Assembly: GCA_964549735.1 (NCBI GenBank)
Contig: CAZJWO010000003.1
Span: 4,829 to 68,828 of the forward strand
Direction of reading: 5' to 3'
DNA from: an uncultured Fibrobacteraceae bacterium
Lineage (GTDB): Bacteria; Krumholzibacteriota; Krumholzibacteriia; LZORAL124-64-63
DNA: 64,000 bases
The notes under the pieces: model-generated
What the model was told of the DNA's origin: nothing
Seen by the model: only the letters and a program-made list of their open reading frames with translations
Database searches by the model: none
Part shown: in pieces, positions 32,287 through 41,907 of the stretch
Position numbering within the stretch: position 1 is the first letter of the stretch
Layout of the letters: each line of letters starts with the position of its first letter
Made by a program: the position numbers and the translations under genes

Positions 32287-33261
32287 TCAATGATCGTGGT
32301 CGCCGCCGAATGATTCCTTGCCCAGTTCCGCCTTGAGCGTGAACCCGCCCTGGGAGACGTAGAGTTCACCTAGCGTGAGACCCGATACGATCTCGAGGCG
32401 ATTCGCATCCGCCCGGCCGACGACGACCGGCCGGGGTACGAATCCCTCCTCGGTCTGGACGAAGACGACGTCGCGGCCTTCGAACATCTGGAGGGCGGTT
32501 CTCGGCACGGCCACCGGGACCTCGATCCGATCCACCACGATCTGCGCGGTGATGAACGTTCCCGGCCGCCAGATGCCTTCGCCGTTCGGCAAAACGACAC
32601 GGGCGAGCGCCGTGCGGGTCGTCTCGTCCACGATCGGGGCGACATAGGAGACCACGCCGGAGGCCAGGGGGAGGTCGTGTCCCCCGACGATGGTCACCCG
32701 TTGTCCTTTCGAGACGTGAGTGAGAACACGCTGGTAGACGGTGATGTCGACCCAGACACTGCTCAGATCGGCGACGACGAAGGCGGCGTGCTCCCGCGAT
32801 ACGGCTTCGCCGAGCGTGATGTGCTTGTCGATGACGGTCCCCGAGATCAGGGTCTTCATCTCGTACGGGGAGAGGCTCTCGTCGCTCTCGATCACGGCTA
32901 GGACCTCTCCCGCCGACACTAGATCGCCGACCTGGCTACGGACTTCGGTGACGATGCCCGAGAAGCGCGGAACGATGTGCGCGAGGGCGCTGTCGTTGGC
33001 CTGGATCTCGCCGGGCAGTTCGAGGACCTGCTCCAGGATCGCCGGACCTGCTTCGGTCACGATGATCCCGAATTCCTGCATTTCCGCCGCTCCGAGCCGG
33101 ACCACATCTTCATGCTCTTCACCGTGGTCATGGCCGGTGTGTTCGTCTTCGTGCTCCTGGGCGAGTGCCGGCCGCGCCTGGAGGGTCAAGAGGACGCCGA
33201 GCATGACAAGAAGTTGGAAGTGCCTTGTGGCACGGTGGATTCGATAGCTGGGATTTCTCAT
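32287..33261 (-). CDS. RND efflux periplasmic adaptor (CusB/CzcB-like) with His/Glu-rich N-terminal metal-binding region
   Basis: Start set at MRNPSYRIH... just after the OMF stop. QEHEDEHTGHDHGEEHED then the beta-barrel/lipoyl MFP domains. Confidence 0.8.
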   Translation of the reverse strand: MRNPSYRIHRATRHFQLLVMLGVLLTLQARPALAQEHEDEHTGHDHGEEHEDVVRLGAAEMQEFGIIVTEAGPAILEQVLELPGEIQANDSALAHIVPRFSGIVTEVRSQVGDLVSAGEVLAVIESDESLSPYEMKTLISGTVIDKHITLGEAVSREHAAFVVADLSSVWVDITVYQRVLTHVSKGQRVTIVGGHDLPLASGVVSYVAPIVDETTRTALARVVLPNGEGIWRPGTFITAQIVVDRIEVPVAVPRTALQMFEGRDVVFVQTEEGFVPRPVVVGRADANRLEIVSGLTLGELYVSQGGFTLKAELGKESFGGDHDH

Positions 33262-33262
33262 G

Positions 33263-34654
33263 TCAGGGACGCTCCTGTTCCTGCTCGTTTCCGGTGATCG
33301 GTCCGGCGACGAGTCGCTCGATGTCCGCAACCGCACGGTGATAGGTGGCGAGGGATTCGATGTACCGTCCGCGGAGTTCGAAGTACGTCGTTCTGACCGC
33401 GAGAACATCGGTGTAGCTGAAAAGGCCCTTCAGGTAGGCGCTCTCGGCCGTCGCCATAGCTTCCTGGGCCTCGGGTATGATCTCGTCGCGAAGCATTTCC
33501 GCCGACTTGTACGCCGCCGTCAGCTCGGCGTAGCTGGTCGCCAGGGCGGCGCTGGCTGTCAGCACCTCCGCCTGACGCTCCTTGTCGATCTGGCCGAGCC
33601 GCAGCTCGGCGGCCTCGACATTGCCCTGGTTCCGGTCGCCGAACGGCAATGGAATGGAGAGCCCGGCGACGAACGCATTGTCTCCGGTCTCCTCGATGCG
33701 CCGGAAACCACCACCGGCCACGAGGTCGATCTTCCCCACCGCGCGCTCCAGGGCCACTGTAGCCTTCCGCTGGGCGAGTTCCGTCTGCCAGCGCGCGATG
33801 TCCGGATTGGCGTCGAGACGATCCCTGAGGTGATCCAAACCGGGCGGAGTTGAGATCCGTTCGAGGGTGCCGCGTGCATCGGCGAATTCGGGCTCGACGC
33901 TGCCCCAGGTCGCGGCGAGGCGGGCCCGGGCCGCAGTCAGGGCCAGCGCAAAGGATTCCCGGTCCATCTTCGCGGTGGCCAGGGCCACCCGCGCCCGGGT
34001 CAACTCGACCGGTGAGGTCGCGCCGGCCTTGACGCGCCTGTCGACCGCAGCGAGGTCCTGCTGGGCCACCTCGACCAGGCCATCTGCGAGTTCTACTTCC
34101 TGCTGGGCCGATATCACGTCGACGAACGCCCTGGTGACCTCACCGAGAACCTCGAGGCGGACGGCCTCGTAGTCCCACGTCGCCAGTTCACCGTCGAGAG
34201 CAGCGACGTCCTGCCGACTGGATCTCTTGCCGCCGAGTTCGAAGAGCTGGGCCAGAGACAGGGTGTACTCCGCGCCCCCGAAGCCGGAGAAGTCGCCGCT
34301 TCCGGCGAAGTTCTCGACATCGAGAGAGAGTTCGGGACTCGGGCGCAGGGACGCCTGAAGGGCCAGGGCGTCACGGACCCGTCGTTCCAGGTCGAAGACC
34401 GAGAGACGCGGGTTGTTCGCCAGGGCGAGAGCGAGAGCATCTCCCAAGGCCAATGGCCCGCCGGCCGGTTCCGTGGGCGCCAGGGACATGGGGCCGGTCT
34501 CTGCCGGGGCGTCCGAGGCTTCGCTCTGCCGCGCATCAGCCACCGCTATCGCGGCAACCAGGAGCAGCAGAGCCGATGCGCGCCGCAAGCGGCACGGCCA
34601 AAGCACATTCATGTTCGAATTCCTTGTCAGATGGTCACGCGGACTACACCGCAA
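33263..34654 (-). CDS. TolC-family outer membrane efflux protein (CusC/CzcC-like)
   Basis: Signal peptide. Two repeated coiled-coil/barrel halves. The true start may be MNVLWP (34612). Confidence 0.8.
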   Translation of the reverse strand: MRCSPRDHLTRNSNMNVLWPCRLRRASALLLLVAAIAVADARQSEASDAPAETGPMSLAPTEPAGGPLALGDALALALANNPRLSVFDLERRVRDALALQASLRPSPELSLDVENFAGSGDFSGFGGAEYTLSLAQLFELGGKRSSRQDVAALDGELATWDYEAVRLEVLGEVTRAFVDVISAQQEVELADGLVEVAQQDLAAVDRRVKAGATSPVELTRARVALATAKMDRESFALALTAARARLAATWGSVEPEFADARGTLERISTPPGLDHLRDRLDANPDIARWQTELAQRKATVALERAVGKIDLVAGGGFRRIEETGDNAFVAGLSIPLPFGDRNQGNVEAAELRLGQIDKERQAEVLTASAALATSYAELTAAYKSAEMLRDEIIPEAQEAMATAESAYLKGLFSYTDVLAVRTTYFELRGRYIESLATYHRAVADIERLVAGPITGNEQEQERP

Positions 34655-34708
34655 CGTCGCGGGTCGGCCAGAGCCGACTCGAACCAGGATGATCGGGCTG
34701 GGTGGGTA

Positions 34709-35053
34709 CTAGCAGACGAGCGGAAGGGCCGCTGCGGGAAGCGGAAGGGTGGGCGTATCCGGGACGATCACCTGGGTCAACGGGAGGGAGACCCAACCGA
34801 GAATGTTCCCACCAGGTGTATCGGGAAGATCTACCGAGACATCTACGTCAAGCAAAGAGACATCGAAAGATCGTACTTGGGAAACGGGGACCAGGAGGAC
34901 ATTGCACGGGTCCGAGGAGCACCCCACTTCATGTCCGCACGATACCTCCGGACAGCATGCGCAGAAATGGTCGAACATCCCTGACAGGCACGCCGAAGGG
35001 GCCAGAAACAGGGTCCAGACAAGTGCGACAAAAAGAATCCGATTTGCATTCAT
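34709..35053 (-). CDS. Small secreted Cys-rich protein
   Basis: Signal peptide MNANRILFVALVWTLFLAPSACLSG. Cys cluster HFCACCPEVSCGHEVGCSSDPC. Confidence 0.4.
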   Translation of the reverse strand: MNANRILFVALVWTLFLAPSACLSGMFDHFCACCPEVSCGHEVGCSSDPCNVLLVPVSQVRSFDVSLLDVDVSVDLPDTPGGNILGWVSLPLTQVIVPDTPTLPLPAAALPLVC

Positions 35054-35204
35054 GGGACGAATGATAGTTCCCACTCGATTGGTCCGCAACGCAAGGCCAC
35101 GAAATTGGCCAACTCGCGATCGACGTATAAACCACCTACCGATAGAAGTTCCTGACTTCTATCGACGTGCAATTGACGCTGAGACGCCACCGGGCTCTGC
35201 CCAT

Positions 35205-35726
35205 CTAGGGCAGAAGGTTGACCATCACGTCCATTCGATTGCTTTCGTGGCCGTGCTGGTCGTATCCACAGAACTCGTAGTGGTATTCGCCCGGATTCGC
35301 TCCCGCACGATGGCACCCATACTGCTGGGCATCGTCCACGAAGCAGAATATCCCGTCGCCCGGGACGGGGTCGCCGTGAGTTCCATCGTCGTAGCAATAG
35401 AACTCGCCCTGGTGCATGTAACCACCCATGTGCCCCATCATGCCGGACATCCCGTATCGAACCCGGACCTGTCCACCAACAATGGGATTGCCATGATGAT
35501 CGGCGAGCCGGGCCTCGTAGTGCATTGGCCCCGAGTATTCTCCCTGCTGGATGTCCAGGCCGTCGAGGGACTGGCCATCGACACTGACCTTGGCTACGCT
35601 GAGCGTGAGGTCACCAGGATTCGAATCGACGGGCTCGGTGGGATCGTCATGACCGCACCCCCCGACTGTGAGCATCAGGAAGGTGGCGGCTATGAACGTC
35701 ATGGATCGTACTGTCCGCTTCAGCAT
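35205..35726 (-). CDS. Lipoprotein with Met/His-rich Cu(I)/Ag(I)-binding-like motif
   Basis: Lipobox LTVGGCG. MSGMMGHMGGYMHQG plus multiple His/Cys. Confidence 0.55.
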   Translation of the reverse strand: MLKRTVRSMTFIAATFLMLTVGGCGHDDPTEPVDSNPGDLTLSVAKVSVDGQSLDGLDIQQGEYSGPMHYEARLADHHGNPIVGGQVRVRYGMSGMMGHMGGYMHQGEFYCYDDGTHGDPVPGDGIFCFVDDAQQYGCHRAGANPGEYHYEFCGYDQHGHESNRMDVMVNLLP

Positions 35727-35890
35727 GATGTACCTCCCATTCGAACTGCCGACGAAGGCTGCTTCAAAGCTAGTTCACTAATTCATAGTGGTCAAGTAGG
35801 CGAAAAGGAGGAGCCGTTGACTAGATACAATTGAGCATGAAGCGGCCATGGATCTTATTCCTGAGCAAGGGATTACCCGCTCTCCGGTTC

Positions 35891-38341
35891 CTAGATCCTG
35901 TCCATCTCCCATTCGATCTCCCGAATCGCGTCATGAGCCCGCCCCGCCCCGTACGTCCTGACGATCACCCGCAGATGATCGTTGAGCCGCCCCAGCCCAG
36001 ATTCGGCAATCTCAGTTGCCTCAAGGTAGGTCCAGGAGGTGCCTGTCAATCCTGATTCGGTATGGACCAGCGTGTCGGACTCTCCATAGACCAGGATGTC
36101 GTACTCGGTACCTGCCTCAGGCGATGTCGTCTTTCCCGAATCGGCATAGCTCCACGATCCCAGACGATTCCGGTACGACCACGACACGGTCAGTTCGCCG
36201 GTGATCGAAGCCGGATAGCTCTCCCCGTTGAAGCGGACATCGGTCGGGCAGTAGACCTTCGCCGACCGCGCCGGCGTCGTGGCCACGACCTGCGACGTCG
36301 GGCACGACGTGAACGTGAACTCGCTCTGGTTGTTGTAGGACTGGAAGCGGATGTCGTTATAGACGTTGATGGTCGGGGGAACCGGCCCCCGGATGTTCAC
36401 GATCTGGCTGCCGTAGGAGAGAAACCAGACGCGAGTTCCAGCGGGGAATGCCGTCGGCGAAGTATCGAGGCACCCCCGCGCGACGACCTGCAAGGTGACG
36501 TCGCTTTCGCCCTGCACCACGGTCTGGAACGCGATGAACTCCTCAAGACCGTCGTATTCGATCCAGGCGACGTTGACGCCGAGGGAGAAGTCGGGCGCGC
36601 TGACCGACTCGACCAGGTCGGTGTCCAACCCCGAGGCCACGACGATCTCACTGGTCAGTTCGTCGATCGCCGTGCTGAGAACCCCAGAGGGCGTGAAGAA
36701 CGGTACATCGACCGGTGGCGCCCATCCTCCCGCACCGTCCGAGACGTAGGCCCGGTATCCGAGGGAGACCCCGGTCAGCCCGGCGGCGGCGAGCGTGATG
36801 GCCAACTGCACGTCGGCCGCCAAGCTGCCGTAGTCCTTCACCGCCTCGTAGGGCGCGGCCAGGGCCACCTGGTCGGTCAGAGCCGGGACGTCTCCGGAGG
36901 GGTCCTGCCAGCCGGAGTCCGGTGGCGTCGAATAGCCCGTCCAGTCCACCGCGAAGACGTCCTCCATGGCCTCGATCTCGATCTTCCCGGAGTCCAAGCG
37001 TCCCGTCCCGACCCGAACAACTCTGCAGACCATGCCGGTGATGCCCAATGGGTCCCAGATCAGTTTGAACACTGCCCCCGGGCGGAAAGCCCAGGCGGAG
37101 CGGTCGGCCTCGACCGTGATCGTGGCCAGCGGGTAGGCCAGGGCGGCCAAGGACCGGGCGGCCGCCTGCTGGGCGGTCGTCGAGTTTGACAGCCCGCGAA
37201 GGGTGAGGTCCTGAAGCGAGACTTCGCCACCCTGCACTTCGATCCCAGCGAGGTCTTGGGCCTGGGCCGTCTTCTCGATGAACCCGGCATCACGGCTCAC
37301 ATAGCCGATCCGCACCGAGTTCTTGAGGTCACCCCAAGACGGCCTGGCGAACGACTTCACCGTGCACGAGTCCGCATCAAGCACCGGGATCGTCTCGGGA
37401 TCGTAGTCGCTGCGGATGAGCCGAATCGTCAGAAGCCCTGTCGTGGGCTCGACGTAGATGACCCCGTCGATGTGCCGCAGGATCTCGAGGACCAGGTCCT
37501 TCGCCGTGGTGCCGCGGTCCTGCAGCATCGAAAGCCCGAGGCCTTCGTCGGCCAGCGTCTGGCCCACCGAGCGGAAGGCGTCCACGTCCAGAAATCCCAC
37601 CGGCAACCCGAGGCCGTTCTCGGAAGGCGGCGAGATCAGAATGTCGTAGATCATGGCCGCCGGGTTGGCGTCGCCGTCGATGTTGTGGGCGCCATCAGCC
37701 AGGCCGAGGCCATTGGGGCAGCGGCGGACCACGAAGGAGACGGCCTTGATGTAGGGACTCGTCCCCAGGTAGACGCGCCGGAACACCGCGTAACAAACCC
37801 GCCTCCAAGCGGGGAGGCTCTCTCCGATACGCGCCTCGAGGTAGGAGTCCGCCGGCTGGGTGGGTGTGCCGTGGTAGACGTAGATGCTGCCTTTGACCCC
37901 GCCTTCGGAGTCCTCCCCGCCGAAGAAGCCGGGGGCATTGATGCTGATCTGCGTGAGGTCGGGCACATGCGCGTACCCGGCCGGTGGCCGCCTGTCGTCG
38001 AACCGGATCTGCAGGACCTCGTCGATCTCGCCGCTGCACAGCACCAGCTGGATGCCGAGGTAGTACTTGTAGCCGGTGGTGATCTCCTTCGAGGAGAACA
38101 ATCCCGTTTTGACCTTCTCCTTGATAGCCTGGATGCGCAGGTCACCGTACCACGTAACCATGGGGCCCGAGAGCTTGCAGGTGCCCCACACAACCGGGAT
38201 GGTCCGGCCCTCGCCGATCGTGGGGAACTGGAAGTCGCCCAGGCTGGAGGGCGTCGGCGCGTCGAACTGCGGCTTCGGGCGCAGGACTTCGTATAGGACC
38301 GTGCCGACGAGGTAGACCAGGGCTATGACCCAGAAGGCCAT
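35891..38341 (-). CDS. Phage tail host-specificity / tail-fibre protein (lambda gpJ or GTA gp15-like)
   Basis: Start set at MAFWVIALVYLV. ~816 aa. Confidence 0.7.
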   Translation of the reverse strand: MAFWVIALVYLVGTVLYEVLRPKPQFDAPTPSSLGDFQFPTIGEGRTIPVVWGTCKLSGPMVTWYGDLRIQAIKEKVKTGLFSSKEITTGYKYYLGIQLVLCSGEIDEVLQIRFDDRRPPAGYAHVPDLTQISINAPGFFGGEDSEGGVKGSIYVYHGTPTQPADSYLEARIGESLPAWRRVCYAVFRRVYLGTSPYIKAVSFVVRRCPNGLGLADGAHNIDGDANPAAMIYDILISPPSENGLGLPVGFLDVDAFRSVGQTLADEGLGLSMLQDRGTTAKDLVLEILRHIDGVIYVEPTTGLLTIRLIRSDYDPETIPVLDADSCTVKSFARPSWGDLKNSVRIGYVSRDAGFIEKTAQAQDLAGIEVQGGEVSLQDLTLRGLSNSTTAQQAAARSLAALAYPLATITVEADRSAWAFRPGAVFKLIWDPLGITGMVCRVVRVGTGRLDSGKIEIEAMEDVFAVDWTGYSTPPDSGWQDPSGDVPALTDQVALAAPYEAVKDYGSLAADVQLAITLAAAGLTGVSLGYRAYVSDGAGGWAPPVDVPFFTPSGVLSTAIDELTSEIVVASGLDTDLVESVSAPDFSLGVNVAWIEYDGLEEFIAFQTVVQGESDVTLQVVARGCLDTSPTAFPAGTRVWFLSYGSQIVNIRGPVPPTINVYNDIRFQSYNNQSEFTFTSCPTSQVVATTPARSAKVYCPTDVRFNGESYPASITGELTVSWSYRNRLGSWSYADSGKTTSPEAGTEYDILVYGESDTLVHTESGLTGTSWTYLEATEIAESGLGRLNDHLRVIVRTYGAGRAHDAIREIEWEMDRI

Positions 38342-39148
38342 CAGTCGATCCTCCCGGAGAAGGGATTGCGGCCCGGAAGTCGCGACCAACCGAGGTGGTT
38401 CGCTAGGTTGCTGAACTTGTTCTGGCAGGTGGCCTCGAGGTGATCGCAGCCCCAGTAGGCCCAGACCTGGTCGAGGGACGACAACCCCGGGATCGGCGAG
38501 ATGAGCGAGACGGTGTCGCCCTGGTGGTCGACGATGAAGCGGGTCTCTCCGGTGGCGGATTCGAGGCGGCCCCCGCGGAACCACTGGTCAGGGCGAAGGG
38601 CGAACCCGCTCGAGATCACCGTCGCACCCGAAACCGAAGTGACCGTAACCTGGTCGCGGCATGCCCCGGGGTCAGCGCCGCAGGCCGCCGAGTACAGCAC
38701 GTGGTTGCATGGCGTCTGCATGGCCAGGATCGGCACCGTGCGGGCCAGCATAGCCATCAGGCTCGCCCCGGTCAGAATGGCCTCGGATTCCTCGAAGCGG
38801 GCGCGGTTCACCTTGCCGCTGAAGATGGTCACCGCGAGGGACTCCTCGCCGCGATGGGCGCGGTAGACCGTCACCCAGACCGACGTGGACGGCAGATCCC
38901 CGACGAACAGGGCGGCCACAGGGTTCGCGCGCGGCAGCGTCAGGTCGATGGTCTCGCCGGTGTCCTCCTGGGAGAAGTCGAGCTCGCTTCGGGTGATGGC
39001 CTCGGGAGCGAACACGCCGGCGGGCAATGTGATCGTCCGGTCCGCCGACGTGTAGAGCCACAGGTTGCTGCCCTGGGCGAACCGGAAACCCTCGACGGGC
39101 TGACCCAGGTACCGGCTCTTCTCCCGCGCGTCGTAAGTCACAACGGAG
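38341..39148 (-). CDS. Phage tail protein (distal tail / hub-associated, GTA gene-13-like)
   Basis: GTG start overlapping the upstream stop (GTGA). The annotated N-terminal 200 aa of ORF 38341..39774 is out-of-frame junk overlapping the previous gene. Confidence 0.5.
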
Positions 39149-39758
39149 CCTCCAGGGGGAGTTCCCGGACCCGGATCGTCGCCTCCGCCACCTGCTGGCT
39201 CGGGTAGGAGATCTCGATGCGGTCCTCGTCCAGGCGGCAGAACTTCAGGAACGACAGCACGGTCTTGGAGCGGCCGTATTCGCGCTGGGCCACCGGGTCG
39301 AGGGTGAGGGTCTCGGTCTGGTAGTTCGCCACATCGACGGCATCGACGATCCTGCAGAAGTCCATGGTGCCATCGCCCAGGGACCAGAGCGCCAGGTGGC
39401 GTCGGGCTGCGGTCGTGCCCCACATCTGCTGCTTGTACCTGACCCAGTAGATGGTGGCGCTGGACTGGTTCTGGGAGACGTCTTCGGCCAGGGCGAGGTC
39501 CCACTGGAAACTGGGCAGCCAGAACGGGACGGCCCGGCCGCAGCGAGCGTCCAGGAACGAGCGCATGGCCGCGATCTCGTCGCGGCCGATAGCGGTCCAG
39601 GTGAACGGGCGCATGGACGCGGGGGCCGGAGCCTGCTCGTCGGCGGTGCGCCGCCCCGTCTTCGAGTTCAGGAGCACGAACTTCCGACGCAGGCGCTCCT
39701 CGAACGCGCCGACGCGGTTGTAGTTGAGCTCCAGGACGTCGTAGCCGAGATAGCTCAT
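39138..39758 (-). CDS. Phage tail protein (GTA gene-12 / DUF2460-like)
   Basis: 206 aa, MSYLGYDVLELNYNRVGAFEERL.... Confidence 0.5.
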   Translation of the reverse strand: MSYLGYDVLELNYNRVGAFEERLRRKFVLLNSKTGRRTADEQAPAPASMRPFTWTAIGRDEIAAMRSFLDARCGRAVPFWLPSFQWDLALAEDVSQNQSSATIYWVRYKQQMWGTTAARRHLALWSLGDGTMDFCRIVDAVDVANYQTETLTLDPVAQREYGRSKTVLSFLKFCRLDEDRIEISYPSQQVAEATIRVRELPLEAPL

Positions 39759-40833
39759 GGCGTAAACCCGTCAATGTCGAAGGTGAGCGAGGTCGAGCCG
39801 ATGCTCAGGGCGTTCCAGGTGAAGCCTTCGTCCGCCGAGAGGCGGCCGACAACGATCGGCAGGACGACCGTCGGCCCCACTGTCCAGGACTGGATGAGAC
39901 CGAAACTCAGGATCACGCGGTCCGGCAGGACGCTCTCGATGGTCTGGACCTCCCAGTGGTAGGGATCGGTCCACAGCAGGACCATGCCGCCGGGCTCGAA
40001 CGGAATGTCGGACGTGTCGCAGAAGACCTCGTGGTCGTCCGCGCTGGCGTTCTGCAGCAATCGAGTCTGGAACTGCCAGCGGCCGACGCCGAAAGCCCGG
40101 GCCTGGTTGCCGAAGAGGATGGCGTTGGCCATCTGGGCGTTGCGCAGGTCGTCCAGCAGCGTCGCGTAGCGGATCGTGCCCACCGGGACGGCTCGCAGCT
40201 GGATGCGCTGCTCCATGCCCCGGTACGAGACGATGATGTCGGTCATGAACCCGAACGTCTCGGTCACCGGCTGCGCCCAGTTCGGGGGGAACGGGAAGGG
40301 GATCAGCCGGAACCCGAGCACACGCAGGTTGGTCCCCGCCGGGTCCAGCCCGGTGAACACCCAGGTGACGAGGTTGTCGATCAGGGCGTCGCCATCGGTG
40401 AGCGCCCTCACCAGGTAGACCTGGGAGTCCGAGGCCGGGAAGTGGGCAGGCAGGCCGAAGGGGTCCTCGACTTCGATCCCCGTGGGGCCGTCGACGGTGA
40501 TTTCCCCGAGGACCTGGGCGCGGTCGATGGCGGCATTCCAGACCTCGACCTCGGCCTCCTGCTCCGACACGACCGCCCCGAGGTCGAACCTGCGCGGGAT
40601 CACGTGGACGCGGCCGAGGACGACGTGGCCGTAGACGGGGGCGACGCCGCCGTCCTTCTGCATCGCGACGGGCCGCGCATCGGCAAGGGCCATGCGGACC
40701 CCGACATCCATCCCGACGACATGCAGCGGACGGGTGCTGACCGGATCGAGGACGGCCCCGGCCAGGTCTATCGAGAGGTCGGTCCCTGAGACCAGGTTCA
40801 GGGGGCCGGGGACGGTGATCGCGGTGGCCATCA
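39755..40833 (-). CDS. Phage tail protein
   Basis: Start set at MATAITVPGPLN. Confidence 0.5.
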
Positions 40834-41907
40834 GGCGGCCTTCCTGACGGCGAAGAACGGGAACAGCATGTAGTCCTGGCCGCCCAGTTGGTAGATGTCG
40901 CCGGCGCTGTAGCCATGGCCAACGGCCTCGGTCCAGAACACGGTGGGCGGATAGCCGATCGGAGCCCAGCGGCCCTGGGGGTCGGTCTCCACGAAGCAAT
41001 GCAGGGGGAGCATGAGGGCTCCGCCGAAGGCGCTCTGCAGGGTGCGCTCGCCGGGGCCGCCGGAGCCGTCGTCCCACAGGTACTGGTAGTTGACGTACTC
41101 GTCCTCTTCCATACCGCCCTGGGCGGCCAGGCACTTGTTCAGAGCGTCACGCATGCGCCGGCCGGTCCAGCCGTATCCCTCGTTCTCGTCCTTGCAGTCG
41201 CCGATCCAGCGGCCCGAGAACGTCGTGGCATCCACGCGGACGAACGCAGTGCAGTGGGTCAGGGCCGTCGAACCGCCCATCGTCGAGTAGTCCTCGTCCG
41301 TGTGCGACATGGGTGGGTAGGCAGTCAGATCGATCCCGTGCCGGTTGCCGGTCAAGAGGTCGGCGGTTTCGGCGGTGTTGAGCCTCGTGCTCGAGCTCGC
41401 GTAGAAGTAGGGGAAGGGCTCGGGCAACGAGGCCCGCTCGAGGGTCGGACCCCACCCCATGTGGCAGAAAATCCCCGCGGCGCGTTCGACGACGACGGTG
41501 ATGTGGTCGTTGCCGTCGTCGAAGAAGTGATAGGCCGAGATCTGCCCCTGGGGCAGGTTCATGCCGCAGCCCGAGGTCGTCAGGTCGTAGGGGCGCATGG
41601 GACCGCCCGCCTGGGCGTCCCAGAACTCCTCGCCGTCCCAGCCGGTCCCCAGGTACAGGCCGATCCCGTAGCCGCCGTCCCCCAGGTCGTGATAGCCGCC
41701 GCTGCCCTTGGTCCAGAGCCTCTCGTTCTCAGCGGCGCGGAGGTTCACGTTCAGGCTGCCGGCCTTCACCAGGTGGGCGCGCCAGCCGGTGCCGTCCTGT
41801 TCGGACTGGTTCACGGTCCAGCCCTGGGCCATGAGCCAGGCCACCAGCGTCTGCAGGAGGTTCGTGGGCGAACTGGCGATTCCGGTCTGGTAGGAGGCGG
41901 CCATCAA
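40831..41907 (-). CDS. Phage tail protein
   Basis: 358-aa ORF, Trp/Gly/Tyr-rich. Confidence 0.5.
   Translation of the reverse strand: MMAASYQTGIASSPTNLLQTLVAWLMAQGWTVNQSEQDGTGWRAHLVKAGSLNVNLRAAENERLWTKGSGGYHDLGDGGYGIGLYLGTGWDGEEFWDAQAGGPMRPYDLTTSGCGMNLPQGQISAYHFFDDGNDHITVVVERAAGIFCHMGWGPTLERASLPEPFPYFYASSSTRLNTAETADLLTGNRHGIDLTAYPPMSHTDEDYSTMGGSTALTHCTAFVRVDATTFSGRWIGDCKDENEGYGWTGRRMRDALNKCLAAQGGMEEDEYVNYQYLWDDGSGGPGERTLQSAFGGALMLPLHCFVETDPQGRWAPIGYPPTVFWTEAVGHGYSAGDIYQLGGQDYMLFPFFAVRKAA

Noticed and set aside
39771-40922. 383-aa minus-strand ORF
   Set aside because: Alternative frame of tail gene 39755..40833. Translation is Arg/Pro/Gly junk.
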